Source: a virus (Duplodnaviria > Caudoviricetes). From it: DNA of 56,488 bases. This document shows, in pieces, positions 38,615 through 46,954 of this stretch. How positions within the stretch are numbered: position 1 is the stretch's first letter; each line of letters begins with the position of its first letter. The stretch spans positions 1 to 56,488 of IMG/VR virus record IMGVR_UViG_3300012665_001166. One strand, given 5' to 3'. Under the pieces are notes generated by a model, which ran no database searches, had not been told where the DNA came from, and saw nothing but the letters and a program-made list of their open reading frames with translations. Made by a program: the position numbers and the translations under genes.

Positions 38615-39424
38615 ATGAATCTAGATGCAATCAAAGCAAAGCTGTCTGCGTTAAACAACGGCGGACAAGAAAGAGAGAAAGTAGACTATTCAGCTACCTT
38701 CTGGAAACCCGAAATCGGTAAGAGCACTATTCGTATTGTACCTTCTATGTATGATCCTAATCTTCCATTTAAGGAAGTGAAGTTTCACTATGGAATCGGT
38801 AAATACCCTATGGCCGCTTTATCTAACTTCGGAAAACAAGATCCTATTGAAGAGTTCATTAAGGAATTAAAGAAGACTTCAGATAAGGATAACTGGACAT
38901 TAGCCGGTAAACTTAACCCCAAGACACGTATTTTCGCACCTGTAATTGTAAAAGGTGAAGAAGATAAAGGTGTTCGTTTATGGGGATTTGGTGTAACGAT
39001 CTACAAAGCGTTATTAGCATTAGCTCAAGACGAAGAAGTAGGAGATTACACAGACGTAATGAATGGATGGGACTTAGTAGTAGAAGTTGCTGCAGGTAAC
39101 CCATACCCAACCACATCGGTTCGTATTCGACCTAAACAAACTCCGTTGTCAGATAATGCAGCGCAAGTTGATTTATGGTTAAAGAACCAACCACACCCTG
39201 TTGAGATTCATACTCAATATGATTATGAGTTCATTAAAAAGCAGTTACAAAATTACTTAACACCAGGATCAGCTGAAGACGAAACACCTACAGCATCGGC
39301 TCCTGAAGCAACTAACTCCTTGACTCAGACTCTAGGAAGTCATGCAACTGACTTTTCTTTAGAGACTTCAACTCCAGGAATTAAAGACACGGTAAGTAAA
39401 TTTGATGACCTTTTTAACGAATAA
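38615..39424 (+). CDS. Single-stranded DNA-binding protein (T4 gp32-like)
   Basis: FWKP..G...IRIVP, PF...FHY and GVRLWGFG motifs; acidic tail FDDLFNE. Confidence 0.8.
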   Translation: MNLDAIKAKLSALNNGGQEREKVDYSATFWKPEIGKSTIRIVPSMYDPNLPFKEVKFHYGIGKYPMAALSNFGKQDPIEEFIKELKKTSDKDNWTLAGKLNPKTRIFAPVIVKGEEDKGVRLWGFGVTIYKALLALAQDEEVGDYTDVMNGWDLVVEVAAGNPYPTTSVRIRPKQTPLSDNAAQVDLWLKNQPHPVEIHTQYDYEFIKKQLQNYLTPGSAEDETPTASAPEATNSLTQTLGSHATDFSLETSTPGIKDTVSKFDDLFNE

Positions 39425-39429
39425 AATAA

Positions 39430-40503
39430 ATGGCAAAAAGCGCAACAGCAGAAAAAGCAGCTGCTATAGTAAAGGGTGGATTTAATCTAGGTAATTTCAA
39501 GAAGAAGAAAGGATTTGCTAATGCTTCGGTAAAGTTTAAAGAGCAAGGGTGGATACCTTTGTCAAAAGCTTTCCAAGACATTACCTCTATCCCAGGTATT
39601 CCCACAGGACATATTACCTTACTAAGAGGGCATAGTGATACAGGTAAGACAACTGCCTTGTTAGAAGCAGCAGTAGCAGCACAAAAGCAAGGTATCTTAC
39701 CGGTATTAATTATTACCGAGATGAAATGGTCATGGCAACATGCTAAAGAGATGGGCTTACAGTTTGAAGAAGTCATAGATGAATCAACTGGTGAGATTAC
39801 AGACTACGAAGGTTTCTTCCTTTATGCAGATAGAGGTACATTAAACACTATCGAAGATGTAGCATCTTACATAGCAGACCTTTTAGACGAACAAGCTAAA
39901 GGTAACCTACCTCACGACTTATGTTTCTTCTGGGACTCTGTAGGCTCAGTACCTTGTGATTTATCAGTACGTTCTAATAAGAATAATAATGAATGGAATG
40001 CAGGAGCAATGTCTACTCAGTTTGGAAATAACTTGAATCAAAAGATCTTGTTATCTCGAAAAGAAGGAAGTCCATACACTAATACGTTAGTAGCTATTAA
40101 CAAAGTATGGACACAGAAACCAGACTCTCCGATGTCACAACCTAAGTTGCAAAACAAAGGTGGAATGTCGATGTGGTATGATGCAACATTAGTAATCACT
40201 TTTGGAAACATTACTAACCCAGGTACCTCTAAGATTAAAGCTATAAAAAGCGGATTACAGGTTGAATTTGCTAAGAGAACAAATATACAGATTGAAAAGA
40301 ACCATATTGAAGGAGTACAGACAAGAGGAAGAATTGTAATGACCCCTCACGGTTTTATTGCTGACGATAAGAAAGCAATCGATAAGTATAAAGACCAGCA
40401 CAAAGAACACTGGTTAAAACTTTTAGGATCTATTGATTTTAGTTTAGTCGAAGAAGGTGACATGGAAGAAGATGAAATCCTACCAAACCTACTAGACGAC
40501 TAA
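39430..40503 (+). CDS. RecA/UvsX-like recombinase
   Basis: GIPTGHITLLRGHSDTGKT (Walker A), FFWDSVG (Walker B) and KGG motifs. Confidence 0.85.
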   Translation: MAKSATAEKAAAIVKGGFNLGNFKKKKGFANASVKFKEQGWIPLSKAFQDITSIPGIPTGHITLLRGHSDTGKTTALLEAAVAAQKQGILPVLIITEMKWSWQHAKEMGLQFEEVIDESTGEITDYEGFFLYADRGTLNTIEDVASYIADLLDEQAKGNLPHDLCFFWDSVGSVPCDLSVRSNKNNNEWNAGAMSTQFGNNLNQKILLSRKEGSPYTNTLVAINKVWTQKPDSPMSQPKLQNKGGMSMWYDATLVITFGNITNPGTSKIKAIKSGLQVEFAKRTNIQIEKNHIEGVQTRGRIVMTPHGFIADDKKAIDKYKDQHKEHWLKLLGSIDFSLVEEGDMEEDEILPNLLDD

Positions 40504-41522
40504 TGGACTATAGTAAAATTATAAACAACCTTAAAGAATCCCCGCCTAGAGAGTTAAACGATCATATCTTGATCATAGATTCTATGAATACTTTTATTCG
40601 TAGTTTCTCAACTCTAAGAGCGATGAACCCTCAAGGCCACCATATCGGTGGTCTTGTAGGCTTCTTAAGATCACTAGGATACCTAGTACGTACAATCGAC
40701 CCTACAAGAGTAGTATGTGTATTTGACGGTAAAGGATCTTCTACTAACAGGAAGAATATAGATCCTAACTACAAAGCACAAAGACAGCATACAAGAATTA
40801 CTAACTGGGGTATGTATGAAAATAAGCAAGAAGAATATGAATCACTATCTGCACAATTAGATAGATTAAGAGACTACCTTGAATGCTTACCAGTACAGAG
40901 CCTGACAATGGAAAAGCTAGAAGCAGATGATATCATTGCCGACTTAGCTTTAGGTGCTTCAGCATCAGGTAAACAAGTTACAATTGTTTCTTCTGATAAA
41001 GATTTTCTACAATTAATAGATGGATGTATCTCAGTATACTCTCCTATAAAGAAAACGCTTTATACCAAAGATAATATTGTGCAGGAACTTGAAGTACTTC
41101 CTCAGAATTACAATATTGTAAAAGCTTTATTAGGAGATAACTCAGATAACCTTTCCGGAGTAAAAGGTTTAGGTTTAAAGACCTTGACTAAAGAGTTCCC
41201 GAATCTATTAACAAATCCTAATTACGAGCTAGAAGATATCTATGCAGTATGTGAACAAAACCTAGACGGTAAGTCTATTTTTGCTAAGATAATACACAAC
41301 TGGGATCGGGTAAAAACAAATTACCAACTGATGAATTTGCATGAAGGACAGTTGGATGATAAAGAAATTCTTCATATATTAAGTGTATTGAAAGAGCCTA
41401 TCCCACCTCTACAGACAGGAGCCTTTTTGCATCTATTAGATATAGATAAGATCGAAGGTATTACCAAGAACACAGAAGGCTGGTTAGAGAATTTCAGAAC
41501 ATTAACGGTTTTTAAACAATAA
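40503..41522 (+). CDS. 5'-3' exonuclease / flap endonuclease (T4 RNase H-like)
   Basis: IIDSMN, VFDG, YKAQR, EADDII, IVSSDKDFLQL and GDNSDNLSGVKGLG motifs. Confidence 0.92.
   Translation: MDYSKIINNLKESPPRELNDHILIIDSMNTFIRSFSTLRAMNPQGHHIGGLVGFLRSLGYLVRTIDPTRVVCVFDGKGSSTNRKNIDPNYKAQRQHTRITNWGMYENKQEEYESLSAQLDRLRDYLECLPVQSLTMEKLEADDIIADLALGASASGKQVTIVSSDKDFLQLIDGCISVYSPIKKTLYTKDNIVQELEVLPQNYNIVKALLGDNSDNLSGVKGLGLKTLTKEFPNLLTNPNYELEDIYAVCEQNLDGKSIFAKIIHNWDRVKTNYQLMNLHEGQLDDKEILHILSVLKEPIPPLQTGAFLHLLDIDKIEGITKNTEGWLENFRTLTVFKQ
41351..41382 (+). promoter_or_regulatory. Bipartite promoter GTTG-N20-TATATTAA (intragenic)
   Basis: ~145 nt before the helicase ATG; same geometry as the other sites. Confidence 0.4.
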
Positions 41523-41527
41523 GTTAT

Positions 41528-42865
41528 ATGACATTGCAGAAGTTAACGCAATATGGAAAACCCTTCCAAATTAAAGTAATAGGCGCCTTACTCACAGATA
41601 AAGGCTTCCTACTAACAGTAAGAGACGTATTAAGAGAAGAGTATTTCGATTCAGATACACATAAGTGGATTATCGGACAGATCTTAAAATACTTCGATAA
41701 GTACCATACTACTGTTACTATGGATGTTTTAAAAGTAGAACTTCAGAAGATTGAAAACGAAGTTTTGCAGGTTGCAGTAAAAGAAGAATTACGAAACTCA
41801 TACGCCGCTTCTCAAGATGACTTAGATTATGTAGAAGAAGAATTTACTACATTCTGTAAGAATCAAGAAATGAAAGCAGCTATTTTATCCTCAGCAGACT
41901 TATTAAAGCAGAGCGATTTCGAAGGCATTCGTAACCTGATTGAGAAAGCTATGAAAGCTGCAATGGATAAGAATATCGGACACGAGTATGATAAAGATGT
42001 TGAGTCTCGATATAGAACAGATTACAGACCTACTATTCCTACTCCATGGCCGTTACTAAATGAGTCTATTCAAGGAGGCTGGGGACCTGGTGATTTAATT
42101 ATCGTATTTGGTAACCCAGGTGGTGGTAAGTCTTGGACGATGGTAGCAGCAGCTGCTCATGCTGTAAAGCTAGGCTTCAAAGTAAACTACTATACTCTAG
42201 AATTAGGAGAAGATTACGTAGGTAAGCGATTTGATTGCTACTTTACAGGTTACTCTATTGATGAAGTTAATAAACATAGAAAAGAAGTAGAGACTCAAAT
42301 TAATAACCTTAAAGGTAGATTGATCGTAAAGGAGTATGCTCCTAAAGCAGCGACAGTAAATAACATTAAGAGCCATGTTCAAAAATGTATTGACATGGGA
42401 CATAAACCAGATTTAATTGTTATTGACTACGTAGATTACCTTAAAGCACCTTCTAGAGGTAAATTCTCAGAGCGTAAGGATGAAATTGATGATGTATTTA
42501 TCGCTACTAAGAGTTTAGCTAAAGAGTTAAAAATACCGGTACTAACACCTTCTCAGGTTAACCGTATGGGTGCTAAAGACTCAGTTATTGAAGGTGATAA
42601 AGCAGCTGGTTCTTACGATAAGATGATGGTAGCAGATATTTGTCTTTCATTATCAAGACAGAAGGAAGATAAAGTATTAGGTACAGGACGCTTGCACGTT
42701 ATGAAGAACAGATATGGTCAAGACGGTATGACATATAATGTAAAAATGGATACCAATAACGGACATATCGAGATTGAAGGTAAAGCAAGTATAGATGACG
42801 ATGGCAGCAGTCCGCAAGGTACTCACTTTGAAATTGCTAAGAAATTTTTCGAGCAAAATCAATAA
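41528..42865 (+). CDS. DnaB-like replicative helicase
   Basis: GNPGGGKS, YYTLEL, IVIDYVD, SQVNR and KNRYG motifs. Confidence 0.92.
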   Translation: MTLQKLTQYGKPFQIKVIGALLTDKGFLLTVRDVLREEYFDSDTHKWIIGQILKYFDKYHTTVTMDVLKVELQKIENEVLQVAVKEELRNSYAASQDDLDYVEEEFTTFCKNQEMKAAILSSADLLKQSDFEGIRNLIEKAMKAAMDKNIGHEYDKDVESRYRTDYRPTIPTPWPLLNESIQGGWGPGDLIIVFGNPGGGKSWTMVAAAAHAVKLGFKVNYYTLELGEDYVGKRFDCYFTGYSIDEVNKHRKEVETQINNLKGRLIVKEYAPKAATVNNIKSHVQKCIDMGHKPDLIVIDYVDYLKAPSRGKFSERKDEIDDVFIATKSLAKELKIPVLTPSQVNRMGAKDSVIEGDKAAGSYDKMMVADICLSLSRQKEDKVLGTGRLHVMKNRYGQDGMTYNVKMDTNNGHIEIEGKASIDDDGSSPQGTHFEIAKKFFEQNQ

Positions 42866-42882
42866 CAAATAGTAGTAGAAGC

Positions 42883-42940
42883 TATTTATTTCTACATCCC
42901 CGAAAGCAAAATAATGCTTAGAACCTCGGGGATTTTATTA
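42883..42940 (+). promoter_or_regulatory. TATTTAT motif followed by a bulged hairpin upstream of nrdB
   Basis: ATCCCCGA-AAGCA-(AAATAA)-TGCTT-AGAACC-TCGGGGAT at 42896-42933, then TTTATTA. Confidence 0.5.
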
Positions 42941-42962
42941 TTTAACACATTAAAAATATACT

Positions 42963-43940
42963 ATGGGACTAAGAGATGAAAGAGTTGTTTATAAGCCGTT
43001 TGAATACCCTAAAGCGTATGACTATTGGTTAAAGCAACAACAAGCGCATTGGCTTCATACAGAAGTTCCAATGGCACAAGATGTTACAGATTGGAAATCT
43101 AATTTGAAAGATCATGAGAAGAATGTAGTCGGTGGTATATTAAAAGGATTCGCTCAAACAGAAACAGTAGTAAATGACTACTGGACAGGGTTAGTAACTA
43201 GCTGGTTTAGAAAGCCAGAAATTATTATGATGGGTGTTACTTTCGGATCTTTTGAAACTATACATGCAGAAGCTTATTCATTACTTAACGAACAGTTAGG
43301 TTTAGATAACTTTGCAGAATTCTTAGAAGACGAAGCTACTAAAGCAAAGATTGAATCTTTGATGAATGTTAGAGATAGTCATGACGGAACTCCTGATTGG
43401 CATGAACGAGCTAAATCGTTAGCTATATTCTCAGCATTTACAGAAGGAGTTAATTTATTCTCTTCGTTTGCAGTACTCTTGTCGTTTAAGATGAGAAACA
43501 AATTAAAAGGAATCGGACAGATTGTCGAATGGTCTGTACGAGATGAATCTCTTCACTCAGAGGCAGGTTGTTGGTTATTTAGACAACTACTTTCAGAGTA
43601 TCCAGAGATTAATACAGAAAAATTACAAAGCGAAATCGAAGAAGCAGCTCACTTAGCTCTTAAACTAGAGTTCGATTTTATTGATAAAGTTTTTGAATTA
43701 GGAGATTTAGAGAACTTATCTAAAGAAGATCTTAAGAACTTTATTAAACATAGGGTTAATACTAAAATGGGAGATCTAGGTTTAAAACCTTTGATTCCAT
43801 CTGATCAGATTGATGCAGGAGCATTAAAGACTATGAAGTGGTTTGATGCAGTAATTGCAGGTAAACAGCATACAGACTTTTTTGCAAGTAGAGTAACAAA
43901 TTACTCTAAAGGTCATATGGATTGGTCAAAAGCATTTTAA
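42963..43940 (+). CDS. nrdB: Ribonucleotide reductase class I beta subunit
   Basis: ETIHAEAY, EGVNLFSSF, RDESLH and TDFF...VTNY motifs. Confidence 0.95.
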   Translation: MGLRDERVVYKPFEYPKAYDYWLKQQQAHWLHTEVPMAQDVTDWKSNLKDHEKNVVGGILKGFAQTETVVNDYWTGLVTSWFRKPEIIMMGVTFGSFETIHAEAYSLLNEQLGLDNFAEFLEDEATKAKIESLMNVRDSHDGTPDWHERAKSLAIFSAFTEGVNLFSSFAVLLSFKMRNKLKGIGQIVEWSVRDESLHSEAGCWLFRQLLSEYPEINTEKLQSEIEEAAHLALKLEFDFIDKVFELGDLENLSKEDLKNFIKHRVNTKMGDLGLKPLIPSDQIDAGALKTMKWFDAVIAGKQHTDFFASRVTNYSKGHMDWSKAF

Positions 43941-43962
43941 TAAAATTTAATTAGATTATATA

Positions 43963-45678
43963 ATGGCACTACAAGTAGATACTTCCACCTGGGAAGCAGG
44001 AAAAGATTATCCTGAATGGATGAATGAAATTTCTTTATCAACAATATCAAAAGGATATCTCCTACCAGGAGAGACTCCTCGAAAAGCATATAAACGAGTA
44101 TCAGATACAGTAGCAGCACGATTAGATCGACCAGATTTAGCTGCTAAGTTCTTCAAGTATATGTGGAAAGGTTGGTTAAATTTAGCTTCTCCAGTTTTAT
44201 CTAACACAGGTACTGATAAAGGTTTACCTATTTCTTGTTTTGGTATTGATACTCCGGACTCTATTAGGGGTATTGGATTAACAAATGCTGAATTAATGAG
44301 ATTGACTTCATTAGGAGGTGGTGTTGGTATTGGTCTTTCTAAAATTAGAGGAAGAGGATCTAAAATCGGTAATGGAGATTTAGGACAATCAGAAGGAGTT
44401 ATTCCTTGGGCTAAGATATACGACTCTACTATCATTGCGACTAATCAAGGAGCAGTACGTAGAGGAGCAGCTTCCGTAAACTTAGATATTAACCATCCAG
44501 ATATTAAGGAATTCCTACAGATTAGACGACCTAAGGGAGATCCTAATAGACAGTGTCTAAACCTACATCAATGCGTTGTAGTGGATGATAGCTTTATGCA
44601 AAAGATCGAGCGTAGAGACCCTGAGGCAATGGAAGTCTGGGTAGAAATACTAAAGGCTAGAGTAGAGACAGGAGAACCTTATATTATGTTTAAAGATAAT
44701 GTAAATAACGCTAACCCTCCTGCATATATTAAGAATAATTTAGAAGTAACTATGACGAACATCTGTTCGGAAATTACTTTACATACTGACGAAGAACATA
44801 GTTTTATTTGTTGTCTAAGCTCAGTTAATTTAGCTAAATGGGATGAATGGAAAAACACAGATTTAGTTGAGACTGCAATCTACTTCTTAGACGGAGTAAT
44901 GGAAGAGTTCTTAGTTAAGACTAACGGTAAAGAATCCTTAATTAGAGCTCATCGTTCTGCTAAAAAAGGTAGAGCAATTGGCTTAGGTGTGCTAGGATGG
45001 CATACATTATTACAAGAGAAAAAGATTCCTTTTATTAGTATTGCAGCAAATAGCTTAACACATCAGATCTTCTCTCAAATTAAATCACAAGCAGAAGCTG
45101 CTTCTAGAAAGTTAGCAGATGAATACGGAGAACCAGTTTGGTGTAAAGGTACAGGTATGAGAAATACGCACTTGTTAGCAATTGCTCCGACAGTATCTAA
45201 CTCAACTATCTCAGGAGGTGTATCAGCAGGTATCGAGCCTTTACCGGCAAACATCTATACATTTAATTCAGGAAAGGGAACTTTTATTCGTAAAAATCCT
45301 GAACTAGAAAACTATTTATTAGAGAGAGGTCACAATACAGACGAAGTATGGGATCAGATTATGAAAGATAGAGGTTCTATTGCAAATCTACCAGAAGATG
45401 TTATGCCTACAGAAGATAAACCAATCTTTTTAACATTTGCTGAAATTAACCAATTACAGTTAGTAGAACAAGCAGCAATTCGTCAACAGTATATAGATCA
45501 GACTCAATCTTTGAATTTAGCTTTTGATCCAACAGATAGTCCTAAATTTATCAATTTAGTTCACCAGACGGCTTGGAAGTTAGGAATAAAAACCTTATAT
45601 TATTTAAGAACAGATTCTGTAATCAATGGAGACATTGGCAGTAGAACAGCAGAAGACTGTGTAGCTTGCGACGGATAA
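43963..45678 (+). CDS. nrdA: Ribonucleotide reductase class I alpha subunit (short, no ATP cone)
   Basis: ASPVLSN, PISCF, TNICSEI, AIAPT, KTLYY and C-terminal CVACDG. Confidence 0.95.
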   Translation: MALQVDTSTWEAGKDYPEWMNEISLSTISKGYLLPGETPRKAYKRVSDTVAARLDRPDLAAKFFKYMWKGWLNLASPVLSNTGTDKGLPISCFGIDTPDSIRGIGLTNAELMRLTSLGGGVGIGLSKIRGRGSKIGNGDLGQSEGVIPWAKIYDSTIIATNQGAVRRGAASVNLDINHPDIKEFLQIRRPKGDPNRQCLNLHQCVVVDDSFMQKIERRDPEAMEVWVEILKARVETGEPYIMFKDNVNNANPPAYIKNNLEVTMTNICSEITLHTDEEHSFICCLSSVNLAKWDEWKNTDLVETAIYFLDGVMEEFLVKTNGKESLIRAHRSAKKGRAIGLGVLGWHTLLQEKKIPFISIAANSLTHQIFSQIKSQAEAASRKLADEYGEPVWCKGTGMRNTHLLAIAPTVSNSTISGGVSAGIEPLPANIYTFNSGKGTFIRKNPELENYLLERGHNTDEVWDQIMKDRGSIANLPEDVMPTEDKPIFLTFAEINQLQLVEQAAIRQQYIDQTQSLNLAFDPTDSPKFINLVHQTAWKLGIKTLYYLRTDSVINGDIGSRTAEDCVACDG

Positions 45679-45691
45679 AAAAATAAACTAT

Positions 45692-46954
45692 ATGGAAAGA
45701 TTGTACGTAGGAAATGAGCACGGATTAGAAATGTTTACTATTCCACAGTTCCTAACTAGCGAAGAATGTGATCATATTGTCAGGTTAACAGAGAACGGGA
45801 GCACCCGATCAAGTGTGGCCGGTACTGGAACACAGTCTATTAAGTACGATGAAGGTCGTACTAGCTCTACAGCGGTGCTACTTGATACAGACCCAATCGT
45901 GAGTCAAGTAAATCAAAAAATGTACACAGAGTTAGGGATAGAAGGACCTTATTCAGAACCAACCCAAGGACAGATTTACGAAGTAGGTCAAGAATTTAGA
46001 CACCACCAGGATGCTTTCGGTAAAGACGCATACCACAATCACTGTTTATCAAGTGGCCAAAGAACTTGGACATTTATGATATATCTTAACGATGTAGAAG
46101 AAGGCGGTGAAACAGATTTTCCTACTATTGGGAAAACTTTTACCCCTCAGAAAGGAATGGCAGTTGTTTGGAAGAATTCAAACGGTACCGGGACTGAAAA
46201 CTCTGCTGCTTTGCATGCAGGTTTACCTGTAAAAAGAGGTAGAAAGGTTATTATTACCAAATGGTTTAGAGAAAATGTATTTAATAGTGCAGAAGATGCT
46301 AGATTAGCAAAAGAATACCTAGAAATGACACAACCTCAGCAGATAACACAACCTACCGAAAAAGTATTCTCTAAAAGTGAAGATTTACCAAAATTATCTG
46401 AGTTAGGATTTAAAGTAGTAAAAGTACCTCAAAAAACTTTTCAATTAATACAGGAAGCTTATAATTTACTAAAACCTAGTGTTAGACCGGAAGAGTGGGG
46501 AGGTATTACAAACTTTATACACGATAATCAAGGTAATGCACCGGTAGAGATTTTCCCTATGGATTCTTTTACTAGGATAAGAGAAATAATCGCAGAAGAA
46601 CTACAACCACTCCATGAAGAGTTTATAGGTAATAAAGAAAGATTAATTCCTAAATGGATTTACGGTATTAGATCTTATAAAAGAGGAGCTATACTAGAAC
46701 CACATACAGATACTTTAGTAACTCATCATATTTCTTCTATAGTAATTGTGGATAAACAAGTAGATAGAGATTGGCCCTTAGACATACAAGACCACTTGGG
46801 GAGATGGCATAAAGTTTACGCAGAAGCAGGAGAAATGATTTTATATGAGTCTGCTACAAATAAGCATGGCCGAATCGAACCTTTTGAAGGTGAGTACTTT
46901 AGAAATTTCTTCTTACATTATACATTAGCAGATTATAAATTTGTAGCACAGTAA
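45692..46954 (+). CDS. Prolyl 4-hydroxylase-like protein with two tandem 2OG-Fe(II) dioxygenase domains
   Basis: Domain 1: FLTSEEC, RTSS, Y..GQEFRHHQD, GQRTWTFMIYLNDVEEGGETDFP, LHAGLPV, KVIITKW. Domain 2: YGIRSY, LEPHTD, WPL, GEMILYES, HGR, NFFLHY. Confidence 0.88.
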   Translation: MERLYVGNEHGLEMFTIPQFLTSEECDHIVRLTENGSTRSSVAGTGTQSIKYDEGRTSSTAVLLDTDPIVSQVNQKMYTELGIEGPYSEPTQGQIYEVGQEFRHHQDAFGKDAYHNHCLSSGQRTWTFMIYLNDVEEGGETDFPTIGKTFTPQKGMAVVWKNSNGTGTENSAALHAGLPVKRGRKVIITKWFRENVFNSAEDARLAKEYLEMTQPQQITQPTEKVFSKSEDLPKLSELGFKVVKVPQKTFQLIQEAYNLLKPSVRPEEWGGITNFIHDNQGNAPVEIFPMDSFTRIREIIAEELQPLHEEFIGNKERLIPKWIYGIRSYKRGAILEPHTDTLVTHHISSIVIVDKQVDRDWPLDIQDHLGRWHKVYAEAGEMILYESATNKHGRIEPFEGEYFRNFFLHYTLADYKFVAQ

